Source: Ostreococcus lucimarinus
Taxonomy: Eukaryota
Length of the DNA: 64,000 nt
Assembly (NCBI GenBank): GCA_000092065.1
Contig: CP000582.1
Direction: 5' to 3' (one strand)
Shown: piece after piece, positions 43,760 to 53,539 of the stretch
Numbering within the stretch: position 1 is the first letter of the stretch
Layout of the letters: each line of letters opens with the position of its first letter
Notes under the pieces: generated by a model
Told to the model about the DNA's origin: nothing
Databases searched by the model: none
What the model saw: only the letters and a program-made list of their open reading frames with translations
Program-made: the position numbers and the translations under genes

Positions 43760-46700
43760 ATGCGCGCGCGATGGGACGCGCGACGCGCGGGACGCGCGCG
43801 CGCGGTCGTCGCGGTCGTCGTCGCGGCGCTCGCGCTCGCGAAACGGGCCGCGGGGGCGACGCACGCGGTGACGATCGAGACGGGATCGGCGCTGAGCGGA
43901 CGACGCGACGCGGCGACGGGGACGCAGGAGGCGCTGATCATGGTGACGCACCCGGCGGACGTGACGGTGGACGAGGCGGACAAGGCGAAGCTGACGAAGG
44001 TGTTTAAGACGCAGACGGAGGCGTACTTCGCGTGGGCGTCGTACGGGGCGCTGACGCTGAACGTGTCGGTGTTCTTTCATCAGCTCGGTTCGAACGAGAA
44101 GGACGCGAACGGGGCGTGTAATCCTCACCCGGATGCGTCGGCGGCCGACGGCGTGCATTATAACCCGTGGGATGCGAGCGCTGATTTTCAAGAAGTGTAC
44201 GATTCGTACGCGGGCGACCCCGGGACGAACCGAAACTCGGGAAGGAAACACATGCGGACGTTCATGCATTTGACGAACACGTGCACGGGGACGTGCGAGT
44301 CGAACACGAACGGCATCATCTGCACGCAGAAGCACTCGTCGGTCACGGCGTGCGCCGACGCGGATTCCACGACGGAGTTGTGCGATACGACGGAGATTCA
44401 CGAGCTTTTACACGCAATCGGGCTCAAATATCACTCGGGCGGGTACAAGTGCAAGCAGTCGGATTACGACGACTCGACTACGACGTGGCGGCTCTGTGAG
44501 TACAAAGATTACGGTGGCGTCTTCGATGTCTTGGGCTCGGGCTCGGACACGTACGGGAAAAAGATGGCGTGGGGCGTTTCTTCGTATTTAAGATGGGACA
44601 TGCACTGGCTCTCTAACGATAACGTGAAAGTCATCACGAAGACCAACGGACGCGTTGACGACGACGCGGCTGATGTGAGTGAAACGTGCATCCTGAGTTC
44701 GTTGAGTGTTGATACGACGGAGTCCTCGACAACGCGCGCGTGCGTCGTTCGTTTCTCTGATGATACCATGTCGGATTTGGGTACGATCTGGCTCGAGCTT
44801 CGAAGTGGCAACAAGTTCGACAATCTTATCCTTAACGGCGAGCACAGCGGATTCAACTCTCTCGGTGTGCTCGGTTATCACGAAGGGAACAAGTTGATTG
44901 ATTTCTACCCACACGCCGCTGATTCAACAGACGCTGCGAAATACGACGACTGGGAACAGACGGCGCTGAGATCGACAGAAAACGGCGGCGTTTGGATAGA
45001 CCCCGTGTCAGGACTAAAGTTAACGGTAGCCGCGTTCGATTCAACATCTCAAACGATCACGGTTACCGTCACGTTTGGCCAACCGGCGGAGTGCAGCAAA
45101 AGAGGCGCGAAGGCGTATCCGAGTCAGTTTCTTGGCTACGGGGTGTGGCACGTCCGCATGTCAAACGACAGCGAGAAAGATAAGTATTATCCAAGCGTCA
45201 ATTTGGCCGATTATCCCGGCGACGCCTCGTCGATCACGAATGACAACTTCAGAACCAATTATTTCACGACTTCTTACTTTGATCAGTACATCCCTTATGC
45301 TGATAGCGGAATTCAGTATACGGTGCAACAAAAAGAATGCTATAAAGTCGTGCTGCAGTATAGAATGAGCGTGCAAAATTTGGATTACGGCGCGTGCGCG
45401 AAATCTCACTTGACAGTGCGCGGGTTGAATCTGCCCGCCGGTTGGCGAGTTGACGAGGGCGGATGCGTGAACGCAGCAGGCGCACAAGCAGTCGTCGACG
45501 ATATATGTTTCGTCGTCGCCGTGGACCCGAACACTGCCGATGGCGCTTACGAAATCCGAATCCAAGCCGCTCAAATCAACTACAGCGATAAAGCAGTGAT
45601 GGCGGCTACGGAGACTGTCCCACTCTGGGTTTGCGTGGGCGGATACAACCATTATACTCAAGCGTGGGGTGACAACGCTTGGACGTGTGACTACGGGCCC
45701 GTGGGATCTAAAACCAGGGTGACAGGTAGTTCTGGCACAATAATCAACCGGGCGTCGAGTACGTACGAGGCGAGCTCGACGTATTATTCGACTTCGGACG
45801 TCTCAGCGAGGAAGAGCAGCACGGCGATTCATTACACCCGGAATCCTGAGGTCACGAACGACGGCGCTGACCGTCTGCAATCAATGTCCAGTATCGCGAT
45901 CGCAGAAGTGAGCGATGATCGTTGTTATCAAGTTACGAGCACGCGATACTGCTCGGCCAACCATTACGTCTGGAGTCAGTACGTCTGTTCGGCGTGTCCG
46001 ACAGACTCAACCCGCCCTGAAGGCGATGATAGCTGGCTGGCCGACGGCGAGACACAGTGCTCGTGTCCAGACGGAACCGCTTGGTCAAACGGCATGTGTG
46101 TCCCTGCCGCCTCGTGCTCCGCGGACGAACGCGTGAACAGTGCCGGTGCGTGTGTGGCGTGTCCATCTGGCTCGACGAACGAGGCGGGTGACGTCGCACC
46201 TGGGACCGAGACCAAGTGCGCTTGCGCCGCGAACTATCGCGTGAACAGTGCTGGCGCGTGCGAGGCGTGTCCATCTGGCACGACGAACGCGGCGGGTGAC
46301 GTCGCACCTGGGACCGAGACGCAGTGCGACTCTGCCGCCTCGTGCTCCGCGGACGAACGCGTGAACAGTGCTGGTGCGTGCGAGGCGTGTCCATCTGGCT
46401 CGACGAACGCGGCGGGTGACGTCCCATCCGCGGGCGAGACGCAGTGCGCTTGCGCCGCGAACTATCGCGTGAACAGTGCCGGTGCGTGCGAGGCGTGTCC
46501 ATCTGGCTCGACGAACGCGGCGGGTGACGTCCCATCCGCGGGCGAGACGCAGTGCGCTTGCGCCGCGAACTATCGCGTGAACAGTACCGGTGCGTGCGAG
46601 GCGTGTCCATCTGGCTCGACGAACGCGGCGGGTGACGTCCCATCCGCGGGCGAGACGCAGTGCGCTTGCGCCGCGAACTATCGCGTGAACAGTGCCGGTG

Positions 46701-47653
46701 CGTGTGTGGCGTGTCCATCTGGCTCGACGAACGCGGCGGGTGACGTCGCACTTGGGACCGAGACCCAGTGCGTCTGCAATGATGGCTACTCACTTTTGAA
46801 TGGTGAGTGCGTTGAGTCAACCGAGGTTGAAGTCAAGGTTGAGTTCGCGGGAATCACACAAGTCATCGACGATACCCTCGTGCAGACGCTCCAAAACGCG
46901 CTGACGACGTCGCTTTTGGCAGACACCACTGGCGTTCAAGTGGACCCGGCTAATATCACCATTAAGTACACGATGCTAGGAAAGCAAACGTTCTCGTCCC
47001 CTGTGGATGAAAGCTCGTTCATCACCGCCGCCGCGTCGTCGTTGGGTGTCGCCACGTCTGACATTGAGAACTTTGCGCAAAGCGCGGCGCGCAGGCGTCT
47101 ACTCAGCAACATCGTGACGTATCAAGTCGTGACGACGAATAGAGCGACGTTGAACACAGCTTTGTCTGCGGCAAGCTCTCCAATCACCGTCGGCGGCGTG
47201 ACTGGAACGGGTGCCGCACCGACGACGACGATAGCCGCCGAAATCAAGACAGCGATCCCGACTTCGCAGGCGTCCACCGTCACTGCGACTCTCAATGATC
47301 CATCCTTCACTACGGATATCGCAACATCAGCCTCGAACGCGGGTGTCAGTGGTATCTCGATCTCTTCGCCGCCGTGCACTGGACTCACGCAGCCTGCGAA
47401 CGGCGTTTCTGGTACGTGCGGCTCCGAGCTCGCCAGCGGCTCGTCGTGTCAACCGACGTGCAACTCTGGGTACACCGTGAGTGGCCAGACGACATGCATC
47501 GCCGGTGCGCTCACGGCCGCGACGTGCTCGAGTAACAGCGGCTCATTATTTGGCGGCTTCTTGGGCTTAGTATCCGCCGCAGGTGTTCCGCTCTTCCACG
47601 TTGACACAATTTTGCTCGCAACGGTCGCGCTAGGCGCGCTACTCGCGCCGTAA
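43760..47653 (+). CDS. Large secreted/GPI- or TM-anchored metzincin-type zinc metalloprotease with about 7 ephrin-receptor-like Cys-rich repeats and a sushi-like domain
   Basis: Signal peptide [27 protein letters not shown]; zinc motif [15 protein letters not shown] (HExxHxxGxxH); tandem [25 protein letters not shown] modules (ephrin-receptor-like/TNFR-Cys); Ser/Thr-rich stalk; PPCTG...[17 protein letters not shown] (CCP-like); C-terminal hydrophobic tail [29 protein letters not shown]. Confidence 0.7.
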   Translation: MRARWDARRAGRARAVVAVVVAALALAKRAAGATHAVTIETGSALSGRRDAATGTQEALIMVTHPADVTVDEADKAKLTKVFKTQTEAYFAWASYGALTLNVSVFFHQLGSNEKDANGACNPHPDASAADGVHYNPWDASADFQEVYDSYAGDPGTNRNSGRKHMRTFMHLTNTCTGTCESNTNGIICTQKHSSVTACADADSTTELCDTTEIHELLHAIGLKYHSGGYKCKQSDYDDSTTTWRLCEYKDYGGVFDVLGSGSDTYGKKMAWGVSSYLRWDMHWLSNDNVKVITKTNGRVDDDAADVSETCILSSLSVDTTESSTTRACVVRFSDDTMSDLGTIWLELRSGNKFDNLILNGEHSGFNSLGVLGYHEGNKLIDFYPHAADSTDAAKYDDWEQTALRSTENGGVWIDPVSGLKLTVAAFDSTSQTITVTVTFGQPAECSKRGAKAYPSQFLGYGVWHVRMSNDSEKDKYYPSVNLADYPGDASSITNDNFRTNYFTTSYFDQYIPYADSGIQYTVQQKECYKVVLQYRMSVQNLDYGACAKSHLTVRGLNLPAGWRVDEGGCVNAAGAQAVVDDICFVVAVDPNTADGAYEIRIQAAQINYSDKAVMAATETVPLWVCVGGYNHYTQAWGDNAWTCDYGPVGSKTRVTGSSGTIINRASSTYEASSTYYSTSDVSARKSSTAIHYTRNPEVTNDGADRLQSMSSIAIAEVSDDRCYQVTSTRYCSANHYVWSQYVCSACPTDSTRPEGDDSWLADGETQCSCPDGTAWSNGMCVPAASCSADERVNSAGACVACPSGSTNEAGDVAPGTETKCACAANYRVNSAGACEACPSGTTNAAGDVAPGTETQCDSAASCSADERVNSAGACEACPSGSTNAAGDVPSAGETQCACAANYRVNSAGACEACPSGSTNAAGDVPSAGETQCACAANYRVNSTGACEACPSGSTNAAGDVPSAGETQCACAANYRVNSAGACVACPSGSTNAAGDVALGTETQCVCNDGYSLLNGECVESTEVEVKVEFAGITQVIDDTLVQTLQNALTTSLLADTTGVQVDPANITIKYTMLGKQTFSSPVDESSFITAAASSLGVATSDIENFAQSAARRRLLSNIVTYQVVTTNRATLNTALSAASSPITVGGVTGTGAAPTTTIAAEIKTAIPTSQASTVTATLNDPSFTTDIATSASNAGVSGISISSPPCTGLTQPANGVSGTCGSELASGSSCQPTCNSGYTVSGQTTCIAGALTAATCSSNSGSLFGGFLGLVSAAGVPLFHVDTILLATVALGALLAP
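46100..46790. repeat. 108-bp near-identical coding tandem repeat x about 6-7 (ephrin-receptor-like modules)
   Basis: Blocks gcagtgcgcttgcgccgcgaactatcgcgtgaacagtgccggtgcgtgcgaggcgtgtccatctggctcgacgaacgcggcgggtgacgtcccatccgcgggcgagac repeat almost perfectly at the nucleotide level. Confidence 0.85.
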
Positions 47654-47841
47654 ATTCGGCGACGCCACCCGAAAGAATGTATCATCACTTAAATCCATCG
47701 CTCACGCGCATCGATCGTCAATCGTTCGCGTGATGAATTGCTATTAGTAACTTGTTTTCCTCTCGCCTCGTCTCGAAAGTCGATTCTTATCCCGAGACTC
47801 TGCACTCCACGCCACTTCGCGACGACGACGACGAACGAAAA

Positions 47842-48816
47842 ATGCGCGACGACGACGAAAAAGCCCAACCAAAAAGCCCAACATTTTGCTTTGCCACCAA
47901 GCGCCGCGGAGCTTTTCCGCCACGTCCGCGACCGATCGTTTTCCTGCCGCCCGAGCGCAACTACGCGGCGCGGGGCTTGGGGCTGCTCGGCGGCGACCCG
48001 GCGAGCGCGGCGGACATCGAGGACTGCGGTGCGGTCACCGGGCGCGTGCACAGCATCGATACTTTCACCGCGGTCGATGGACACGGAATACGATGCATCG
48101 TGTTCCTTCAAGGGTGTGAAAAACGATGCGCGTTTTGCTGCAACGTCGATTCGACGCACGCCGCGCTCGCGAAGACGCCGAATCCCGGGCGCACGATGTC
48201 GGTGAACGATATAGTCGAAATTTTGAAGCGAAATCGCAAGTATTACGCGAGCTCGGAGGGAGGTGGGCTAACGCTTTCCGGGGGCGAATGCCTGTTGCAA
48301 CCGGCGTTCGTGGAGGCGGTGGCGATCAAGACGCACGAGATCGGCTTGACGGTGGCGATCGACACCGCCGCCAGTGGGGACGCGGAGACGTGGAATCGCG
48401 TGTTGCCGCACGTTGACGTGGTGCTGTTGTGCGTGAAGAGCTCGAGTTTGGAAAAATACAAAGCCATCACCGGTACGACGGAACGCGAGTACGAGACAAT
48501 GCGCGCGTTTCTGAAAGAATTGAATCGCCGCCGTGTGAAAACTTGGTTGCGATTCGTGCTCATGAGCGATCCGGATTCTCGATTCGTCGACTTTCGAACG
48601 AACGACGAAAACGAGCTCCGCGGTCTGGCGGAGCTCGCGAAAACACACGAGTGTGTTGAGGGAATTGAGCTTTTGCCCTATCACAGATTCGGCGAGTTTA
48701 AGTTCAGCGAGCTCGGTCTCGAGTACAAGCTCGAGGGCATGCGGACGCCCGACGCTGAAGAAATTCACGCGGCGCAGACGTTTTTGCAATCTCAAGGCGT
48801 GACGGTGATTTGCTGA
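47842..48816 (+). CDS. PFLA: Pyruvate formate-lyase activating enzyme (radical-SAM glycyl-radical activase)
   Basis: GRVHSIDTFTAVDGHGIRCIVFLQGCEKRCAFCCN carries the CxxxCxxC cluster motif in the PFL-AE context; GGGLTLSGGECLL SAM-binding motif. The ORF-track start is TTG; first ATG at 47842; an upstream exon cannot be excluded. Confidence 0.8.
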   Translation: MRDDDEKAQPKSPTFCFATKRRGAFPPRPRPIVFLPPERNYAARGLGLLGGDPASAADIEDCGAVTGRVHSIDTFTAVDGHGIRCIVFLQGCEKRCAFCCNVDSTHAALAKTPNPGRTMSVNDIVEILKRNRKYYASSEGGGLTLSGGECLLQPAFVEAVAIKTHEIGLTVAIDTAASGDAETWNRVLPHVDVVLLCVKSSSLEKYKAITGTTEREYETMRAFLKELNRRRVKTWLRFVLMSDPDSRFVDFRTNDENELRGLAELAKTHECVEGIELLPYHRFGEFKFSELGLEYKLEGMRTPDAEEIHAAQTFLQSQGVTVIC

Positions 48817-48864
48817 CGCGCTAAGATGCTACGTTTCGTACAAATACAACAATCGATTACAATT

Positions 48865-50550
48865 CTAAAACCACGCCGCGCCGCTGTGCGCGTCGTAAAA
48901 CGCGCGAGCCGTCGTGATCTCCGATGGCGTCGCGAGAAGCGTCGACGCGCCGGCTTCGACCACTCTAGCCACCACGTAATCTCCCGCTTTAATGTCCACC
49001 TCCTTTCCGCTAGAATTACTAAACGCGCGCTTACCTTGTATGACGACGCGCTTGCCGGTGTCCGATCGCCCGCTCATCTGCGCCTCGGGATCCTTTTTGC
49101 TCGCGCCTTCGACGAGCACCAAGTGCGTCCGACCGACTTCCGCGGCGTTCGCCTCGAGCGCGCGACGACGGAACGTCGCGATAACTTCCGCAAGCCTCCG
49201 TTTTTTCACATGTTCTGGAACGTCGTCTTCCAAATTTCTGGCCGCGTGCGTCTTCTCGCGCAATGAATAGTGAAACATGAACGCCTGCTCATAGCGAACG
49301 TCTTCGAGCAGCGAGAGCGTCTCCGCGTGCTCGTCCTCCGTTTCACCGCAAAAGCCGCTGATGAAATCGCTCGAGAGCGCGACACCCGGAATCATCTCGC
49401 GCGCGCGCTTGATTAAATCCAAGTACACCTCTCGCGTGTATCCGCGTCGCATGCGCTCCAAAGTCGAGGTCGATCCGCTCTGCGCGGGCATGTGCAATTG
49501 CTTGCAAACGTTTGGCGTCTGAGCGATGACGCGTAATAAATCGTCTGGGAAATCTTTCGGATGCGGCGACGTGAACCGCACGCGTACCTCCTGGTCCAAG
49601 CCCGCGACGGCGGAGATGAGGTCCGCGAACGTGCGCGCGCCCTCGCGCTTTGGCTTGTACACCGATTTGAATCCTTTCGCGTACGCCGCGAACGGGTCGT
49701 CGTCCGCCGACGTCGTCGCCTTCATCGGCGCGTCCGCGTATGAGTTCACGTTTTGACCCAGCAAAGTGATTTCCTTCACGCCCTCCGCGATCAGCCCGCG
49801 CGCTTCGTCGACGACGGATTCGAAAGGTCGACTTCGCTCCCGTCCTCGCGTAAACGGCACCACGCAAAACGCGCACATGTTATCGCATCCTCGCATCACC
49901 GAAACGTACGCCATCGGCGACCCCACGTCTCTCCGCACCGGTCGCACGTCCGCGTACGTCTCATCCAACGACAACAGCACGTTCATCCGGTGTTCCTCGC
50001 TCAAATCGCTCAACCGTCGAGTCGAATTTTCCAACAGCCTCGGCACGTCCCTGTACGCATCCGGCCCGCACACCAAATCCGCCAAATCCTCCGTCTCCAG
50101 TAATTTCGCCTTCAATCGCTCCGCCATGCACCCCAAGACGCCGACCGTCGTCAACGCATGTCCCGCGTCTCGCTTCAGCGCCTTCAACTGCCGCAATCGC
50201 GTCCACACGCGCGACTCCGCGTTGTCGCGCACCGCGCACGTGTTCACCAGCGCCGCCGTCGCCTCGCGCAGGTCCTCCGTCGTCGCCACGCCGTGCGCTC
50301 GCAGAACGCTCCGCACGACGTCCGAGTCCGAGACGTTCATCTGGCATCCGTACGTCTCGATGTACACGCGCGTCGGCGCGCGCGTCGTCGTCGCCGTCTT
50401 CGCCGCCGCCGAGTCGCGCGCCGAATGCGTCGCGCGCGCCGCCTCCACGACGCGCGCGCCGACCGCCGTCCCGCCGAATCCGTCGCGCGCGCGCGTCGCG
50501 GACGCCGCCGCGCGCCGCAGACGCATCGCCGCGTCGCGCGCGCGCGTCAT
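48865..50550 (-). CDS. MiaB-family tRNA methylthiotransferase (CDK5RAP1/MiaB-like radical-SAM MTTase), organelle-targeted
   Basis: MTTase N-domain RVYIETYGCQMNVSDSDVV; radical-SAM GCDNMCAFCVVPFTRG; C-terminal TRAM region. ATG at 50550. Confidence 0.8.
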   Translation of the reverse strand: MTRARDAAMRLRRAAASATRARDGFGGTAVGARVVEAARATHSARDSAAAKTATTTRAPTRVYIETYGCQMNVSDSDVVRSVLRAHGVATTEDLREATAALVNTCAVRDNAESRVWTRLRQLKALKRDAGHALTTVGVLGCMAERLKAKLLETEDLADLVCGPDAYRDVPRLLENSTRRLSDLSEEHRMNVLLSLDETYADVRPVRRDVGSPMAYVSVMRGCDNMCAFCVVPFTRGRERSRPFESVVDEARGLIAEGVKEITLLGQNVNSYADAPMKATTSADDDPFAAYAKGFKSVYKPKREGARTFADLISAVAGLDQEVRVRFTSPHPKDFPDDLLRVIAQTPNVCKQLHMPAQSGSTSTLERMRRGYTREVYLDLIKRAREMIPGVALSSDFISGFCGETEDEHAETLSLLEDVRYEQAFMFHYSLREKTHAARNLEDDVPEHVKKRRLAEVIATFRRRALEANAAEVGRTHLVLVEGASKKDPEAQMSGRSDTGKRVVIQGKRAFSNSSGKEVDIKAGDYVVARVVEAGASTLLATPSEITTARAFYDAHSGAAWF

Positions 50551-50583
50551 GGACGCGACGTCCGTCCGTCGCCGCGCGTCACG

Positions 50584-51159
50584 ATGCGGCGCGCGTCGTG
50601 GACGCTCGCCGCGCCCGCGCGCGCGTTCGCCGCGCGTCGGCGCGCGCACGGCGCGCTCGACGCGATCAAATCCTGGCTCGCCGGCGCCGACCGCGAGGAC
50701 GACGACCTGTCGATTCGCGACTACGTGTCCGCGCTCGAGCGCGCCGAGGTCGAAAGATTTTCGAGCTCGGACGCGCGCGCGAAGTCACCGGCGGAGATCT
50801 CGTTCCCGGCGTCGCGCGCGCGCGCGTACGTCGACACGATGACGGCGCGCGAGCTGGAGGATCCGGGCGCGATGTCGGCGAGACGGCGGCGCGAGCTCGG
50901 CGCGCGCGCCGAGGTGGATGAGTTGCTCAGGGCGCACGCGCTGACGCGCGCCGTCGCGCGGCGGACGAAGGCGATGACGACGACGCCGACGTCGCCGGAG
51001 GCGCTGGCGGAGGCGCTGCGGGACGGGGATGCGAACATGTCGACGGCGCAGCGACGGCGCGAGGCGGCGGCGATGCGAGGCGCGTTTCCGGGCAATCGAC
51101 CGTGTCCGTGCGGGTCGAACAAAAAGTTTAAGCGCTGTTGCGGCGTGCCGACGAGCTAA
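50584..51159 (+). CDS. SEC-C motif (CPCGSxKKxKxCCG zinc knuckle) protein, UPF0225/YchJ-like, organelle-targeted
   Basis: C-terminus GNRPCPCGSNKKFKRCCGVPTS is the SecA-C-terminal metal-binding motif; presequence-like start MRRASWTLAAPARAF. Start codons of this gene and the divergent MiaB-like gene are only about 33 bp apart. Confidence 0.55.
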   Translation: MRRASWTLAAPARAFAARRRAHGALDAIKSWLAGADREDDDLSIRDYVSALERAEVERFSSSDARAKSPAEISFPASRARAYVDTMTARELEDPGAMSARRRRELGARAEVDELLRAHALTRAVARRTKAMTTTPTSPEALAEALRDGDANMSTAQRRREAAAMRGAFPGNRPCPCGSNKKFKRCCGVPTS

Positions 51160-51191
51160 ACCCTAAACCCTACTTTGGATTTAGGGTTTAG
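51156..51191. promoter_or_regulatory. Telo-box palindrome: CTAAACCCTAAA (ccctactttgga) TTTAGGGTTTAG
   Basis: Two copies of the plant telomere unit AAACCCTAA in perfect 12-bp inverted orientation with a 12-nt spacer. Sits between the SEC-C gene stop (its TAA is part of the repeat) and the next ATG at 51209. Confidence 0.6.
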
Positions 51192-51208
51192 ATGGTCGCG
51201 ATGGCTGG

Positions 51209-52093
51209 ATGGATCGATGCCGCGGCGTCGAAATGCGACGCGGATTTTTCGACGCGGCGCCTCGCGCGCGCGAACCGGCGCCTCGGACGCCCGACCGGCG
51301 CTGCGCGCCGCGTGATGGCGATTATGAGTCGTTCGCGAAGTTTTTCGGCTCCCCGGCGTGGACGCCGGGGGCACCGCGCGAACAGTTTGAAAACATTCTC
51401 GTGCTGCTGCACGGCGACTTGGACGATCCGATGAACTTTCACAAGTTTGGTCGCATGGTAAGTTTGCCGACGACCGGTTTGTGGTCTCTGGGCGGCGTGC
51501 TCGACGCGCGTGGACGCGCGGGGGCGACGGAGGAGGAGACGCATCGGCGTTGGATGCTTTCGGCGGAGGAGGGCGCGAGCGAGGATGCGCGAGCGAGACA
51601 GTTGGACGCGGCGTCGTCAGCCGTGCAAAGAGCGCTGCGCGTGTTGCGCGATCGGCGAGGGTGGGATTTGTCTCGCGTACACTTGTTTGGGTTCTCCGAC
51701 GGCGGCGCGGTGGCGTTGGACGTCGCGACTCGCATGACTGGACGCGAGCGACTGGGGTCGTGCGCCGCCGTGGCGGCGGCGTTGCTGCGGCCGGAGTCGT
51801 ACGAGCAGTGCGACGAGGCACCGACGCCCGTGTTGTTGATAGCGGGAACGCGTGACGAGGTCACCCCACTCGCGCGCGTGCGGGAAACGGCGGCGGCGCT
51901 CGTTAGACGAAATCACGGGTGCGGCGCCGTGGTGCGAGAGTTCGACAAGACTCACAAGATGATTTCAACCGCCGATGAGGCGAAGGCGCTGATGGAATTT
52001 TGGTCGCGCAGGCTCACGTTTTTTGGCGCGCGAGCGTCGGATTACGGCGACGATGTCGTCGAAATCAGCGCCGGAGCGACGGAGCGCCAGTGA
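51209..52093 (+). CDS. Alpha/beta-hydrolase, phospholipase/carboxylesterase (acyl-protein-thioesterase-like) family
   Basis: ILVLLHGDLDD oxyanion region; nucleophile elbow HLFGFSDGG (GxSxG); ...LLIAGTRDEVTP...; catalytic His region FDKTHKM. Confidence 0.65.
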   Translation: MDRCRGVEMRRGFFDAAPRAREPAPRTPDRRCAPRDGDYESFAKFFGSPAWTPGAPREQFENILVLLHGDLDDPMNFHKFGRMVSLPTTGLWSLGGVLDARGRAGATEEETHRRWMLSAEEGASEDARARQLDAASSAVQRALRVLRDRRGWDLSRVHLFGFSDGGAVALDVATRMTGRERLGSCAAVAAALLRPESYEQCDEAPTPVLLIAGTRDEVTPLARVRETAAALVRRNHGCGAVVREFDKTHKMISTADEAKALMEFWSRRLTFFGARASDYGDDVVEISAGATERQ

Positions 52094-52142
52094 TCAACCG
52101 TCTCGACATATATCTACGTGTAACAACTGCTATTGTACTAAA

Positions 52143-53336
52143 TCAGATCTCCCACTCGCCGTCTAAGAAGCGCTGCCGGAACTCCGTACCCTTGGCGATG
52201 ACGTAAAACACGGGATGACCCGCGAGCACGCACTCTTTGTCCTTGAACAAGTCCCCGAGCTTGGTTTTCTCGTTGAGCGAGCGCATGAACTGGTCTCGCG
52301 AATCCACCCTGCCCTTCGCCATGGCTTCGATTTCTTTTCGCGTGTCGTCGTCCACCTCGCGTCGCGTCACACCCGCGGCGTCTAAGAGCTTCGTCTCCAC
52401 CTGTTGCCACGTGTACGGCACCGCGGCGTTCGTTTGCCAATACACCTCGACCGAATCTCGAGCGTACGCGCCGCGCTCGTCCCACTCGAGCGGCGGCCCC
52501 GCGGGGTCGAATAGCACGTCCAAGTGCTCGCCGAGCGTCGAAGTTTCGCTCGCGGCCTCGACGACGTCGGTTTGCATGGATTCCGGGTACACGAAAAGAG
52601 TCCAGTAGGTCGCGACGCCGGTGGTGGCATCGATCGCGGGCAAGCGCTCGCCGCTTCCCAAACTCGCCGGCCCTATGCGAATCCCCTTAGATTTCATCGC
52701 CTCTACGTACGCGCGCACGCGCACCTTCTCTGCCGCGTCCAACGTCGCCTGTTGTTCTCGCTTCTCCACTAGCCGCTTCGCCTCGCGCAGCATCACCTTT
52801 AAATCTCGATTGTCCCCTTCGATTTCCAACCCGCCGACGCAGCAACGCGCGCATTCCTCCGCGCGTTCCAGCGCCAACGCCGCCTTCGCCGCGCGAAACC
52901 ACGCCTTGACGTTTCCACTCACCAACTCAGTCGCCTTAATCGCATCACTGTACGCCTTTCGATAATTCTTCAACAGCAATCCCGCGTGCGCGCGATTACA
53001 ATACAACGTCCCGTCGAGCGTCGCGTCGCCGCTCGCCGCCGCCAGTCCCGCGGTGTAATGCTCCACCGCGTACCGCGCGTACAGCTTATTCGCCACCCCG
53101 TACTTGACCGAAGCGTTGCCTTTCTCCTTGCATTTTTGCGCGATTTCCACGGGCGTGGCGTCGCGATTCGCGTCCTCGACGATGGCTCGAAGCGCGGCAA
53201 ACTCTGGGGAGGTTTCCTCGAGCCACTCGTCGCCTTCGCCGTCCCAAAACAGCGGCGGCAGCGCGTCGGTGAACGCTCGATCGCCGGGCGAAGGTTCGTC
53301 GGACGTCGACGGAGGCGTTCGCTCGGGCGCAGACAT
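52143..53336 (-). CDS. TPR-repeat co-chaperone, TTC4/Cns1-like
   Basis: Central TPRs (AQKCKEKGNASVKYG...YCNRAHAGLLLKNYRKAYSDAIKA...NVKAWFRAAKAALAL) followed by a conserved C-terminal domain ending ...GHPVFYVIAKGTEF..., as in TTC4. ATG at 53336. Confidence 0.5.
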   Translation of the reverse strand: MSAPERTPPSTSDEPSPGDRAFTDALPPLFWDGEGDEWLEETSPEFAALRAIVEDANRDATPVEIAQKCKEKGNASVKYGVANKLYARYAVEHYTAGLAAASGDATLDGTLYCNRAHAGLLLKNYRKAYSDAIKATELVSGNVKAWFRAAKAALALERAEECARCCVGGLEIEGDNRDLKVMLREAKRLVEKREQQATLDAAEKVRVRAYVEAMKSKGIRIGPASLGSGERLPAIDATTGVATYWTLFVYPESMQTDVVEAASETSTLGEHLDVLFDPAGPPLEWDERGAYARDSVEVYWQTNAAVPYTWQQVETKLLDAAGVTRREVDDDTRKEIEAMAKGRVDSRDQFMRSLNEKTKLGDLFKDKECVLAGHPVFYVIAKGTEFRQRFLDGEWEI

Positions 53337-53539
53337 CGCGACGCCGCGCGCGGAGGTGTGCGGCGGCGCGCGAGCCCGAGACGGCGACCGGGACGCGGCG
53401 ACCGGGACGAGCGCGATACTCAATGGTGCGTTGATATTACTGCGGCGCTGAGGCGAGATAGTGACGACGGCGAAAACGTCGCGGAACGCAACGCGCGTCG
53501 AACGCCGCACGATGGCGTCTTTCGCGGCGACTTCGAAAA

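Noticed and set aside
42646-44401. 453-aa plus ORF and 411-aa minus ORF
   Set aside because: They are antisense to PFL and to the metalloprotease N-terminus respectively. Both are Arg-rich junk frames.
45933-46820. 295-aa minus ORF with [24 protein letters not shown] repeats
   Set aside because: It is the reverse frame of the 108-bp ephrin-like tandem repeat. Its periodicity is inherited from the sense-strand repeats.
41320-48816. Reading PFL / PFL-AE as a bacterial operon, or the window as prokaryotic or viral
   Set aside because: The genes are on opposite strands with a eukaryotic signal-peptide gene between them. The surrounding genes need spliceosomal introns. A U1 snRNA and TGTAA poly(A) signals are present. 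The N-termini look like organellar presequences.
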